This document shows positions 10,758-21,207 of a stretch of DNA of 64,000 nucleotides, piece after piece. How positions within the stretch are numbered: the first letter of the stretch is position 1; every line of letters starts with the position of its first letter. The translations under genes and the position numbers were made by a program. The stretch comes from a bacterium (GTDB taxonomy: Bacteria > Electryoneota > JAOADG01): the NCBI GenBank assembly GCA_963681965.1, contig OY820579.1, positions 768,001 to 832,000 of the forward strand. Direction: 5' to 3'. The notes beneath the pieces were generated by a model. That model ran no database searches and had not been told where the DNA came from. It was given only the letters and a program-made list of their open reading frames with translations.

Positions 10758-11210
10758 TCAGTGTGGCGATACGGTCGGGGATCGACCGGAAATTTGATTC
10801 CGAGAACGTTTCACCGCTCTCTTGGTTTTTGTGTTTCGTTTTGGTGTGGTGTTGAAGAGATAGTGTATGGGAATTCCCAATCCCTCATGAAGTTTCGCAA
10901 TCATCATCTTGCTGAGATTTCGATGACCGGACAACACTTCATAAACCCTGCTACGTGAACCGATAAATGGTTCCAAGTCGCGATTGGTTAATCCTTGCTG
11001 TTCCATAACAAATTTGATCAGGTCGACGGGACTCACATTGACCGTTTTTAGCGAGCTGTGTTCATCATCATAACGTTGCATCAGAACGGCAATCAGTTCT
11101 ATGGTATCTGCTTCCGGCGAATTGGGTAGTGGATTGAGTGCAATCAAGCGATCCAGCTCGACGAGTGCCGCCTGATACTCTTCCGGGGTTTTAATTAGTT
11201 TCAGCACCAT
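10758..11210 (-). CDS. higA: HigA-family HTH antitoxin
   Basis: IKTPEEYQAAL, PVDLIKFVMEQQGL and IGSRSRVYEVLSG..LS..MI.KLH motifs; directly downstream of higB. Confidence 0.88.
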   Translation of the reverse strand: MVLKLIKTPEEYQAALVELDRLIALNPLPNSPEADTIELIAVLMQRYDDEHSSLKTVNVSPVDLIKFVMEQQGLTNRDLEPFIGSRSRVYEVLSGHRNLSKMMIAKLHEGLGIPIHYLFNTTPKRNTKTKRAVKRSRNQISGRSPTVSPH

Positions 11211-11218
11211 TTCGATGG

Positions 11219-11506
11219 TTACTCCAAGCGCAGTTTGTCGTACTCGGCATGAGTGCCGATCCAAACAATCCGAACGACATTTGCCACGTAGATCGCTTGC
11301 ACAATCAATCGATGTTTATTACCGCGAACATTGAAAATGACCCGATTATCGTGTAGAAAACTCGCTGTTGCAAAGCGCTGTTTGATTTCATGGCTAGTTT
11401 TCCATTTGGCTTCCGAAACCAGCAACACCCAAGCTTTCAGCGCAACTGCCGCATCGGGATGTGATCTTGCATATTGATCGAGTATTGTTCGGTTCGCGAT
11501 CAGCAT
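11219..11506 (-). CDS. higB: HigB-family toxin (mRNA interferase)
   Basis: RVIFNVRGNKHRLI...WIGTHAEYDK signature. Confidence 0.92.
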   Translation of the reverse strand: MLIANRTILDQYARSHPDAAVALKAWVLLVSEAKWKTSHEIKQRFATASFLHDNRVIFNVRGNKHRLIVQAIYVANVVRIVWIGTHAEYDKLRLE

Positions 11507-11520
11507 AATCTAATATACGG

Positions 11521-11539
11521 TGTTCCCATATTGGGAACA
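11521..11539. promoter_or_regulatory. Putative HigA operator palindrome
   Basis: TGTTCCCA-TAT-TGGGAACA inverted repeat ~15 bp upstream of higB; type II TA operons are typically autorepressed. Confidence 0.65.
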
Positions 11540-11553
11540 AGTCGGTTTCAGTC

Positions 11554-11592
11554 AAAAAAGAAACCGTGTTTCAGAACAACACCCTGAAACCC
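11554..11592 (-). repeat. Degenerate copy of tRNA-Ser terminator/core site (array site)
   Basis: gtgtttcagaa-caaca-ccctgaaaccc at 11566-11592 with an upstream A-tract. Confidence 0.65.
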
Positions 11593-11649
11593 AGTTTTAT
11601 TCTTATGATTGATTTCAAGAAACGCACGACGTTCACCCACCACCCCTCC

Positions 11650-12573
11650 TTATCCCATCATCGGCAGGAGTTGTTCGATCCGATTGATCGCTGCAGCTTC
11701 GATCTGTTGCGCTTCCTTCAGCAGCTCTATCTTCTTTTCGCTAGATATTGACTTGTCGCTGACCTGATACAAGGCTTCGGCGATTTGCGTGTAATCCGCG
11801 ATAAAAGGTTCCGTGACTGCGGCAAACAGCGGATACTTCGTGCCGATTTCCTGAAAATACTTCACTGCGAGTTTTCGACTTTCGGTCCACACCATTCCGT
11901 TCCACCAGTTTCCATGCTCGCTACCGTGACCGGACTCGACCCCTTTGATCCAGTTGGCATATGCGCCACTTCCAGTCGCATAGGGTGCATGTGAATACTT
12001 TTGCGGGTTGCGATGGAAATCGACTGCCAGCTTGAGGCTATCGCGGATCACGGTGAGTTCTTTGGCAGGCGTTGCTTTCGCAAACGAGAAGAACTCGACG
12101 TGACATTCGTCTTTTATTTCCTCCCAACTACCGAACGTCAGATGCGCCGGTGGAAAATCGGTCACTTGCGGCGCCCACGGCTGTGCGGTCAAGAAACCGG
12201 TGTCGTCGTACCCGGTGATCAGTTGATGCTCCATATTGCTGAGTGAACAAGGGATTCCCTGATCGAGCTTTTCAATCAACAGCGCGTCGAGTTGTTGCCG
12301 TTCTTCCAACGAATTGTTCATCGTATACGATCCGTGGACGGACATCACGATCCCGAGGTTCTCGATCCGCCGAATTGTTTCGCGCATATCCCAGCAGTAC
12401 GGTCCGCTGGGACAAATCTCCTCATGCACATTCATCAGAAACGCGAATCCGCTGCCACCAAACAACCAGGGGGTACTGACCTCGATCTTGAAATAATCGC
12501 TGACACCATGCAGTACTCCGATCAACGTGGAACAATAAGGTGGCATCGTAAGATTTGGTAGGTTTTTTGTCAT
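11650..12573 (-). CDS. Hypothetical protein, possibly BtrH-N / papain-like fold
   Basis: Long ORF with GAGG RBS; EHQLITGYDD resembles C39/BtrH-like motifs (inference). Confidence 0.6.
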   Translation of the reverse strand: MTKNLPNLTMPPYCSTLIGVLHGVSDYFKIEVSTPWLFGGSGFAFLMNVHEEICPSGPYCWDMRETIRRIENLGIVMSVHGSYTMNNSLEERQQLDALLIEKLDQGIPCSLSNMEHQLITGYDDTGFLTAQPWAPQVTDFPPAHLTFGSWEEIKDECHVEFFSFAKATPAKELTVIRDSLKLAVDFHRNPQKYSHAPYATGSGAYANWIKGVESGHGSEHGNWWNGMVWTESRKLAVKYFQEIGTKYPLFAAVTEPFIADYTQIAEALYQVSDKSISSEKKIELLKEAQQIEAAAINRIEQLLPMMG

Positions 12574-12656
12574 GACGGTTTCCTCGGTATGATTACTTTA
12601 TAAAATAACTAATCGCGATAAAAGACTCAACCTGTGAAATACGATTCTCATCAAAA

Positions 12657-13643
12657 TTACTGCGGTGGACTAACCAAAGTGATTACGACATTTCCTTTTT
12701 TGTGTCCAAGGTCGACATAGCGATGCGCTTCAGCAATTTGCTCTAACGGGTATCGTCGATCGATCACGGCTCGATATTTACTCTGTTCGAATAAATCCTT
12801 CAGGATACTTAGATCGGATATTTTTTCGCTGTGCGAACGTAAACCGGTTGCGTGAAATTTTGCTTTCTTGCTTCCGGCAATCGAGGTCATTAGGACACTT
12901 ACTATCATTCCGAATGATATCCCTGCCTCGAGAAAAATCCCATTCGCTTCCAATGAACGTTTGCACTGCGAAAAAGAAATCTTGCCCACAGTATCGAAGA
13001 TGATGTGGTATTTCTCACCACTCTTGCTAAAATCTTCTTTGGTATAGTCGATCACTTTATCCGCGCCGATGGATTTAACCAACTCCAGATTTGTTCCACT
13101 ACACACTCCCGTGACTTCCGCGCCGAAGAATTTGGCTAGTTGCACGGCGGCAGTGCCGACACTACCGGAAGCGCCATAAATTAGAACCTTTTGCCCACTC
13201 TGGATTTTTCCCTTATCTCGCAAAAAAGGCAATGCGGTTAAGACACCATCGACGCTGGCAGCAGCTTCTTCAAAAGAAATGCTGACGGGCTTAATAGTAA
13301 GTTCGCCGTTTTCAGGTAGACAGATGTATTCTGCATTGGCGCCAAATTTGGGACCGGTAGATCCGAAAACTTGGTCGCCGTTTTTGAAACGGGTCACATT
13401 ACTTCCAATTGCAACGATCTCACCGCCGAACTCTTCGCCAAGAGTATTCAATTTTGGTTTTGTGAAACCCATAAATAATCTTGAGATAAATGGCTTTCCC
13501 TGTCGGAAAATACATTCAGTGGCTGTGACTGTTGTTGCGTGAATTTTTATCAACACTTCGTTGGGCTTCGGAGTTGGTTGATCCACTTCGCGGATCTGGA
13601 TGACATCTGGTGACCCATACTTGGTGACTATCGCTATTTTCAT
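12657..13643 (-). CDS. NAD(P)-dependent alcohol dehydrogenase-like MDR family oxidoreductase
   Basis: GQKVLIYGASGSVGTAAVQLAK, VIDRRYPLEQI and GHKKGNVVI. Confidence 0.92.
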   Translation of the reverse strand: MKIAIVTKYGSPDVIQIREVDQPTPKPNEVLIKIHATTVTATECIFRQGKPFISRLFMGFTKPKLNTLGEEFGGEIVAIGSNVTRFKNGDQVFGSTGPKFGANAEYICLPENGELTIKPVSISFEEAAASVDGVLTALPFLRDKGKIQSGQKVLIYGASGSVGTAAVQLAKFFGAEVTGVCSGTNLELVKSIGADKVIDYTKEDFSKSGEKYHIIFDTVGKISFSQCKRSLEANGIFLEAGISFGMIVSVLMTSIAGSKKAKFHATGLRSHSEKISDLSILKDLFEQSKYRAVIDRRYPLEQIAEAHRYVDLGHKKGNVVITLVSPPQ

Positions 13644-13789
13644 GCCGCTATTTTTCCAAATTAGAAGTATTCAGGAGACGACTATTCTCGCACCGGATTC
13701 ATTTTGCTAAGTCGATGATTTGTATTTTGATACTGTAAGTTAAGTGGAGTTAATAAACTGGTTGGTTGCACTACTTCTCCTCGTATTCT

Positions 13790-13857
13790 AAATGGATTGC
13801 AGGGATAAGTCCTGAAACCCCTCAAAATCTGGAGCGGAGGTCTTCTAGGATTGAGAA
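13790..13857 (-). repeat. Degenerate copy of tRNA-Ser 3' end + terminator (array site)
   Basis: ggattgcaggg-ataag-tcctgaaaccc..atctggagcggagg versus native atctggtgcggaga. Confidence 0.75.
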
Positions 13858-13891
13858 TTTTCAGTAGATTGAGGTCATTCCTTCGGTATGT

Positions 13892-14803
13892 TTACAAGCC
13901 CAAAGCTTCTAAGATCGGCTTCTCATATTCACCATCTTCTCCCGGATAACGTAAATTCTGCGCGCCATTGTCAACGGCAATCTGGCGAAGGATACTCTCT
14001 CCTGCCGGCATTGATCGTGGTTCGATCGAATAAACAGGGTCTGCAAACGCTTCCTCAGGATCGATAATCATCCAACCATTCGAATGGTACATCGCGATAA
14101 TATCCTTAAGGAAAAACGCGTTAATTTGGTTGTGATGTAACAGAAGGATGTGCTTAACCGATCTGCCGAGATACTTTTGTGACAGACTGTCGTAGAAGAC
14201 TGAGCGATTCCAAAGGTGATTAAGATAGGCGGTTTTTAATTTCTGTAGATCATAATCAGGAGTTTGTGTGAGACGCTTTACCATCCAATCGTCATAGAAC
14301 CAATCGCTGGCGTCAATCGAGACGGGCGCTGATCGGTAATCAATCGACTTCATAAATTGGCGGAATTGATCGCGTTTATCGAGTGTGTTTCCCTCTTTCA
14401 AGTAAGTAAATCGGAAGAGTTTCCGGTACCCATAAAGCTTCGAGATGGCAGAATCGCAACCGAGTACTTCCTTTTCGTAATCCTCAAGTGACACTTTTTG
14501 GCTGTTAAAGTACGGGTGATGCACCGTGTGATTTCCGATCAGATGTCCCTCGATACCCCATTGCCGGATCAATTTCATTTGCAGAGCGCCACCGTTCCGG
14601 ATAGTAACGAATAAAATGGCTTTTACACTGTCGGCATGAAGTTGCGAAAGAATGGCATTATTCCGGGCAGTGACGGAGACGCCTGCGCGATCCGCCATTA
14701 GGGGTCCGTCGTCAAAAGTGAATGCGATGGATCGAGCAGATACGGATGAACAAATACAGATACAGGTTACAAGAGCACATACCGAATGGAGGAAAAATCG
14801 CAT
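13892..14803 (-). CDS. Polysaccharide deacetylase (NodB/CE4) family, exported
   Basis: AFTFDDGP, GNHTVHH and LLLH motifs; signal peptide. Confidence 0.9.
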   Translation of the reverse strand: MRFFLHSVCALVTCICICSSVSARSIAFTFDDGPLMADRAGVSVTARNNAILSQLHADSVKAILFVTIRNGGALQMKLIRQWGIEGHLIGNHTVHHPYFNSQKVSLEDYEKEVLGCDSAISKLYGYRKLFRFTYLKEGNTLDKRDQFRQFMKSIDYRSAPVSIDASDWFYDDWMVKRLTQTPDYDLQKLKTAYLNHLWNRSVFYDSLSQKYLGRSVKHILLLHHNQINAFFLKDIIAMYHSNGWMIIDPEEAFADPVYSIEPRSMPAGESILRQIAVDNGAQNLRYPGEDGEYEKPILEALGL

Positions 14804-15180
14804 TGAATTCTCACGCTAATCGAATATTAATGATCACTGGTAAGATAATGAAGTCAGATTGCGAATTAAACATTATTCAGAAATTAAGTTAAACCGATCC
14901 AGCACTACTAGAAGCGAATGCACGTTGAGGTAGAAAAAAATCTTAATCCGATTTAATCGTCACTCCGATCTCGCTTTGCGTTAATGATCGAGTTGTTTTT
15001 CCGACGGCAACATCTGCCTTTGCCGAGATTCGGTCTCTAACAATAAATACTGCATTGGTATCTGTGCCCTTTCGATCCAATCGCTCGCGTATCCCATCAG
15101 TATCTCCCTCCTTATCTTAAATTCTGACTAAATTTTTGGGATTGTGAATCGGAGGGGGCAACTCAAGAGGGAAGACTGGA

Positions 15181-16299
15181 TCAAGACTGTTCAATCAGTT
15201 TTGGAAGTGTTATTGATACAGTTGTTCCTTGCCCTATCTGACTTTTAATTACTAAACTCCCTTGATATAGCTCCGTTAGTTCGCGAGCAATAACTAAACC
15301 CAACCCTAAACCCTGCTGTTCAAACGTTTCACGATCGAATTGATTAAATGAATTGACGCATTCTATTTGTTCAGGTAGCATGCCTCGTCCGACATCTGAA
15401 ACCTGTATTAATATAGTATTTCCTAAATCATGAGTTGTTACAACAACCATCGATGAAGTATTAGAGAATTTTAACGCGTTATCTAGAATTTCTTCAAGTA
15501 TTTTTTTTAAATGAATTGATGAAATCCGTAGAATGTAATCCTGAATAATTAGCCTTATGTCATTCGGGCGTTGATATTGTTTCATCAAAGACGTTGAAAT
15601 TGTCGTTATTATGTCGATCAACGAAGTCAATCCATCAGATATTAAATTCTCAACGCAAATAGTATTCAATTTCCAGTAATAAAGTTGATTCATTAATAGA
15701 ACATTCTCTAACATATGAAGAAGTCGCTGACCAGACCGATAAATCCGATTACCAAATTTTGGAATATCATCTGATGGAATATTGTTAACCTGCATCATAA
15801 CTTGAGCATACCCAAGAATCGAGCTAAGGGGAGTCCGAAACTCATGGGGAAGCGTGTAGAAGATCATATTCCTAACTTCTTTGAACTGAACGTCATAATA
15901 ATCCTGTAGAGAGTCCCTTTTTTTTAACTGTGTTGCCACACAATCAACAAGCTCCTGCACAGTCAGTGGTTTTATCAGGTAATCGTCCGCACCTAAGTAC
16001 ATTCCATGTCGAATTTCATGTTTCTCTCCGCGGCTTGTAAGGAACACAAACGGGATATTGTCGAAATAGTGTTTCTCTTTTAGCTTTTTCAAGAACGAAT
16101 AACCATCCATTATAGGCATGCTGATATCACACAGAATCATTTTCGGGTTTGAGGCGTCTAATCGCTCCAACCCTTCCTCTCCATTCTGGGCTTGGATGAT
16201 TTTATACCCAGCAAACTCAAGTGTTTGAACGATAAGTTGACGCGTCTCATCTTCATCGTCAACGACAAGAATCAACGATTTTTCACTGACTGGTTTCAT
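15181..16299 (-). CDS. Hybrid response regulator / histidine kinase
   Basis: N-terminal REC (ILVVDDE, ILCDISMP, YLIKP); H-box LPHEFRTPL; LDNALKFS and GLGLGL; start taken at MKPVSEK. Confidence 0.9.
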   Translation of the reverse strand: MKPVSEKSLILVVDDEDETRQLIVQTLEFAGYKIIQAQNGEEGLERLDASNPKMILCDISMPIMDGYSFLKKLKEKHYFDNIPFVFLTSRGEKHEIRHGMYLGADDYLIKPLTVQELVDCVATQLKKRDSLQDYYDVQFKEVRNMIFYTLPHEFRTPLSSILGYAQVMMQVNNIPSDDIPKFGNRIYRSGQRLLHMLENVLLMNQLYYWKLNTICVENLISDGLTSLIDIITTISTSLMKQYQRPNDIRLIIQDYILRISSIHLKKILEEILDNALKFSNTSSMVVVTTHDLGNTILIQVSDVGRGMLPEQIECVNSFNQFDRETFEQQGLGLGLVIARELTELYQGSLVIKSQIGQGTTVSITLPKLIEQS

Positions 16300-16410
16300 T
16301 ACTTGAACTCCAAATTGCCATGAAATTCCAATGACCATATTTACGTGTAAAGTCGCTGCGATCTTCTATTTCCGGACAGGAATTTCGCAAACCTGTGTGT
16401 CATATCATCT

Positions 16411-16830
16411 TCATGGAACGAGATGGCACTCGCCCTTGTGTTTATTGTAAGCGATGTGCGCATCATTGATAGCCTGTAACAACTCTTTACATGCAAAAGG
16501 CTTCTTTAAAAAATAAAAGATATGACTTAGATTTATAGCTTTAGTTAGAACGTTGTAATCTGCAATTCCGGAGATAACCACACGAATGACATTGGGATAT
16601 TCGACACGAACTTTTTGTAAAAGTTCGACTCCATCCATGCCGGGCATATGAAAGTCGCTTATAATGATCTCAAAGGGGCTCTCGGATAAAATTTTCAGAG
16701 CCGCAGTTCCGTCAGCAGCAAAGGATGCTTCCAACTTTTCGATTTCAGCGAAACCACGATACAATTGCAAGAATATCTCTTCATCATCGACAAAGAGAAC
16801 TTTCGGGGTCGTGTTTGTTTCACTCATCAT
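16411..16830 (-). CDS. Single-domain response regulator
   Basis: VLFVDDE, IISDFHMPGMDG, FLKKPF. Confidence 0.9.
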   Translation of the reverse strand: MMSETNTTPKVLFVDDEEIFLQLYRGFAEIEKLEASFAADGTAALKILSESPFEIIISDFHMPGMDGVELLQKVRVEYPNVIRVVISGIADYNVLTKAINLSHIFYFLKKPFACKELLQAINDAHIAYNKHKGECHLVP

Positions 16831-16934
16831 ATTGACCTCAGTGGTATTTCAACATCTCCATTGCGAACTCGGAGCAAATCAACCATTCGTTGCTTTTGTG
16901 AAAACAAAATGAGTCCTTTGCCCAAATATGACAA

Positions 16935-17294
16935 TTATTTATATTGATCGAGCACATTAAACAGATCTCGAAGGTTAAACGGCTTCGGTAATAGATGTTC
17001 AACAGTCCCATTTTGAACTGCCTCGACAACTTCAGGCGATCCTTCGAAGCCGGTTGCTAGAATCCGTTTTATTCCTGGGAAGCTCAATTTCACATAGGCT
17101 AACAGCTCGGTTCCCGTCATATCTGACATGTTATGATCCGCCACAATTACATCGATTTTATTTTCTTGCAGCGTCGTCACTGCTTTTTTACACTCCGATT
17201 CGAAGTAAGCGTGTAAATTGAACGAACTAGCGTATGTTCGATAAAAGTTAAGCATGATGTCTTCATCGTCTACGAATAAAATGCTCTCGCTCAT
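16935..17294 (-). CDS. Single-domain response regulator
   Basis: ILFVDDE, IVADHNMSDMTG, LPKPF. Confidence 0.88.
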   Translation of the reverse strand: MSESILFVDDEDIMLNFYRTYASSFNLHAYFESECKKAVTTLQENKIDVIVADHNMSDMTGTELLAYVKLSFPGIKRILATGFEGSPEVVEAVQNGTVEHLLPKPFNLRDLFNVLDQYK

Positions 17295-17298
17295 TTCG

Positions 17299-20103
17299 CT
17301 ATCTCCTTACCGGCTCGATCGAAAAGTTGACGGGTAATACACTTTCAGGTAACACTACTGTAAAAGTAGTTTCACCCGGAACCGAGGAAATATTCAACTT
17401 TCCACCGTGCTTATTTAGTATCTGTTTGATCGAGTAAATTCCCAACCCAGTGCCGCTACCATGTCCTTTGGCAGTTTCATCCTGTCCCTTGGTTGTATAA
17501 AAAGGTTCTCCTAATCTTGCTAAAGCGTCAGGTAATATCCCACAACCGTTATCATGCACTGAGAACCAAACTGTTTTCTCAGATTCCGTTTTACCACTCG
17601 AAATATTTATCACCCGATGTTTGATATTAAAAAGAGCATCGCGTGCATTGCTTACCAAGTTCAGAAAACACTGCCCGATCTCACTACCTTTAGCATGTAC
17701 GTGTAGCGGAGAATCGTGTAGAGATACCGTGAACTGAATGTTGTGCTTCAAATCGAGATCAGCTTTTAGAAGTGCGGTATCAGTCATTATAATCTGATTC
17801 AAATCTACGATTCCAGACGAATCTTTGCTGTTAATGAGATGGTACTGCATAATCTCGTTGATAATTTCCTCAATTCGTGTCGTTCCCAACAGTATATTAT
17901 CAAGACCGGATAGTGTTTGCTCGATGGAGGAACGATGTCCGTTAGTTTGTGAAGTTGTAGATTCAAGTTGGCTATTCAAGGTCAATTGCATCAGTGAAGC
18001 CTGCATCGTGATAATCCCAAGCGGCGAACGCAAATTGTGAGTAATTCCTGATGCGAGCAGTCCAACCTGAGATAGGTGGAACTGTTTGTTCAATTCCTGT
18101 TCGAGTCGTATTCGTTGAGTAGTAAGCTGTTTCAGTTCAGTGATGTCATCGATGCTGGATAGAATTAATTGTTCGTTGTTTATCTTCACGATCTGGGCGG
18201 AAAAGAGGCATGTAATATTTCTCCCTCCCTTAACTTTGAAAACCACTTCCCGACCAACAATAGCATTACCTGCCCGAAGTGTTTCAACGATGCGTTTTCG
18301 TTCTTCTGTATCGACCCACAAATCCAATCCTAATGAAGAATTTCCAAACACCTCCTCTTTCGAGTATCCAGTAATCTTGTAGAACGCGTCGTTTACTTCG
18401 ATAAATTTACTAGTCTCAGGGTGTGTGATTGCGATGGCATAGGGCGAAGTTTGAAATGCCTTGGAGTACCTCTCTTCACTTTGGCGAAGTAAAGCATCGG
18501 AGTGTTTAAGCTCTCTAATCGCATTCATTCTTATCGAAATATCTCGGATGTTACATTGAATGACCTTTTTATTGTTGACCAGATAAACATTACTGACAAA
18601 TTCCACATCAATTGTTCGCTTGTCAGCGGTTTCAAGTGGCATATTCTCGTAACGGACATATTCATTTTGTTGCAGTTCCATGAAGTTCTCTTGATTGGCG
18701 ATTATATCCTTAAAGAATCCCAGCTCCCAAACTCTTTTGCCGAGAAATACTTCGTGCGAAAAACCAAGTAAGTCAACAAGGAATTGATTCACATCTACGA
18801 TCATTCCAGTTTCAGCATCGAGGATCAAAATTCCATCCTTCGCACTCTCAAAGAGACGTCGGTATTGATTTTCTGAAATTCGAAGTGCTTTTTCTGCAAC
18901 CACTCGCTCCGTGATATTGCGGATATTGCATTGAATCACCTTCTTGTTGTCTACGAGATAGACATTACTGACGAACTCGACTTCGATTTTCCGACCGTCA
19001 ACGGTTTCTAGCGGCATGTTCTCATACCGAACATATTCCTTCTGTTGCAGTTCCAGGAAATTTACTTCGTTTGCGATTAAATCCTTGAAGAAGCCCAGCT
19101 CCCAAATCTTTTTTCCGAGAAACGCCTCATGGGTGTATCCCAGAAGCTCCATCAAGTATGGATTTACGTCTTCAATCATGCCTGTTTCAGAATCGAGTAT
19201 CAGGATTCCATCCTTCGCGCTTTCAAATAACCGTCGATACTTAACCTCAGAAGCACGAAGAGCTACTTCTACTAGATTGCGATTTGTGATATCGCGAAAG
19301 ATGATGCATGTCTTTTCTTGACCTTGGCTTGATTTATAGATCACGGAAGTTACTTCTGCTTCGAAGGTTTCACCGTTACCACGTAAGAGAGTCAATTCCT
19401 CTCTGAATCTCCCGGTCTTTTCTCTTTTTGCCAAAGCGGATGCGAGTCTGGGATCGGACTGATCAACGAGCCCTTTCCGGTTATCCTTGCATATTTCTGC
19501 CTCTGTTCGCATTAAAATTCGACAAGCGGCGGGATTGGCAGTAATAACATTCCCGTCAACTGTCGTCTCTAAAATGGCATCGTCGCTTGATTCGAAAATC
19601 ATCCGAAAGCGCTCCTCGCTTTCGCGAAGCGAATCTTCCATTATCTTGCGTTCGATCAATTCTTCGGTCATTTGCTGGTTAGCCTGTATCAGCTCAGTTG
19701 ATTTTTCTTCAAGTGCGACTCTTACTTGGCTTAGTTGAAGTTGAATTTTTACCCGTGCCAACAACTCCTTGGTTCGGAAGGGTTTTGATACGTAGTCTAC
19801 TGCGCCGAGTCGAAATCCATCAATCCACTCTTGCGGTTCGGCAATGGCACTAATCATTATGATTGGAATGGCTTTGGTCTTTTCCTGGGCTTTGAGCTGT
19901 CGACATACCTCAAGACCACTCATATCTTGCATTCGGATGTCCAGCAATATGAGATCCGGGAGATGCGATGCAATTGAAGTTAATGCCAACTCGCCACTAT
20001 CTGCGGGCAATACATGATACCCTTCCAAGGTTAAAACCTTTACAAGAAGCGCCAACGAATCTGTCATGCCGTCTACAGCGAGAATAATTGGTTTACTTTG
20101 CAT
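17299..20103 (-). CDS. Hybrid REC - 4xPAS - histidine kinase
   Basis: REC (LILLD, YVSKPF); four PAS S-boxes; H-box ITHNLRSPL; LNLVSNARDA, DNGCG and GTGLG boxes. Confidence 0.92.
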   Translation of the reverse strand: MQSKPIILAVDGMTDSLALLVKVLTLEGYHVLPADSGELALTSIASHLPDLILLDIRMQDMSGLEVCRQLKAQEKTKAIPIIMISAIAEPQEWIDGFRLGAVDYVSKPFRTKELLARVKIQLQLSQVRVALEEKSTELIQANQQMTEELIERKIMEDSLRESEERFRMIFESSDDAILETTVDGNVITANPAACRILMRTEAEICKDNRKGLVDQSDPRLASALAKREKTGRFREELTLLRGNGETFEAEVTSVIYKSSQGQEKTCIIFRDITNRNLVEVALRASEVKYRRLFESAKDGILILDSETGMIEDVNPYLMELLGYTHEAFLGKKIWELGFFKDLIANEVNFLELQQKEYVRYENMPLETVDGRKIEVEFVSNVYLVDNKKVIQCNIRNITERVVAEKALRISENQYRRLFESAKDGILILDAETGMIVDVNQFLVDLLGFSHEVFLGKRVWELGFFKDIIANQENFMELQQNEYVRYENMPLETADKRTIDVEFVSNVYLVNNKKVIQCNIRDISIRMNAIRELKHSDALLRQSEERYSKAFQTSPYAIAITHPETSKFIEVNDAFYKITGYSKEEVFGNSSLGLDLWVDTEERKRIVETLRAGNAIVGREVVFKVKGGRNITCLFSAQIVKINNEQLILSSIDDITELKQLTTQRIRLEQELNKQFHLSQVGLLASGITHNLRSPLGIITMQASLMQLTLNSQLESTTSQTNGHRSSIEQTLSGLDNILLGTTRIEEIINEIMQYHLINSKDSSGIVDLNQIIMTDTALLKADLDLKHNIQFTVSLHDSPLHVHAKGSEIGQCFLNLVSNARDALFNIKHRVINISSGKTESEKTVWFSVHDNGCGILPDALARLGEPFYTTKGQDETAKGHGSGTGLGIYSIKQILNKHGGKLNISSVPGETTFTVVLPESVLPVNFSIEPVRR

Positions 20104-20736
20104 GAGATTTATCCTTTAAATGTACAGATTGGAGATGATATGGCTTTAGGAATTCAGAATTTTTGAATACAGTAGTTGTTTCGACAGTTGGTGAAGATCA
20201 CTGCCTAATTCTGGATTTACTTTCATTATTCTTTCGATCACTCCAGCGATTCTAGTTACCACTAGACAGCATCCCAGTGACCCATGCGGCATACATTGCA
20301 ACAATCACAACAGCCAGGTAGAATGTTACCCCAATAATGCGAGTTTCTAATACGTCCAGAACGTACTTCCGGACTAAAATTTCCAACACCAGCGCAAGAA
20401 AAAGTATGTCTGCATTCCGGAGTACTTTCCTTCATAGAAGGTGCACTTCACTTGTCATCGAGTAAACTCTATCGGTCGTGTGGTTGTGACTATTGCTTTT
20501 CGACAGTCAATTCATCCTAACAATCGGATTCATATCAAGTAAAAAAGATGGTTCTGGGACAGGGGAGTAACTGGAAGTTAGGTTTATCGCGAAACCCAAT
20601 TGCAACTCGGTCGAAGGACGGTTTAGAATAAACTATACACTATCATCAAAGTGATACGAGACTTTTACTGCTTTTGGGGAGAGTACGTGTGATTGGGGGA
20701 ACCGACTAGATTGTTACAGTTGTCACCGCACGATGA

Positions 20737-21021
20737 CTACTTGATATCTTTCATCGATAGTGCCAATGAAACAATGATTATGACGGCGAAGACGATTTGC
20801 AGCTTTTTGTTCAGTCTGGGATTTCGGTCTTCTAGAAACGCGTAACCTAATGACATCGATGTAAAACCAATAAAGCCTATTGCCGGCAGATACGATTTAT
20901 CGACAAGACTAAATATTGCCATCGCAAGAAAGAAAATTACACCACAAATGTAGATGATTTTTCCCACTTTGGATTTCTCGATATCCTGTTTCCAGATCGA
21001 TTGTTTTTCCATCTTTTCCAT
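20737..21021 (-). CDS. Small three-TM membrane protein
   Basis: GGAG RBS; three hydrophobic segments. Confidence 0.65.
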   Translation of the reverse strand: MEKMEKQSIWKQDIEKSKVGKIIYICGVIFFLAMAIFSLVDKSYLPAIGFIGFTSMSLGYAFLEDRNPRLNKKLQIVFAVIIIVSLALSMKDIK

Positions 21022-21136
21022 AATGGCTCCCGATTATTCAGACACGTTCATGCATTGTTCAATATAATAAATCGATCGATTTGGAACCATAAATTCGAAT
21101 TTACTTGACAATTCTGTTCGACCGATACCAATCAAC

Positions 21137-21204
21137 AAAAAGGGTTTCGGGACAATATCCTGAAACCCTTATGCATTGCGGAGATTGGTGGATTCTGGTT
21201 TCGG
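21137..21204 (-). repeat. Degenerate copy of tRNA-Ser 3' end + terminator (array site)
   Basis: aaaaa-gggtttcggga-caata-tcctgaaaccc-ttat..tgcggagattggtggattc. Confidence 0.88.
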
Positions 21205-21207
21205 TCG

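Noticed and set aside
20540-20630. Additional array site (AAAAAAGATGGTTCTGGGAC... / ...TCGCGAAACCCAATT)
   Set aside because: The position fits a unit boundary, but the arms do not align with the 11-5-11 core; too weak without a profile search.
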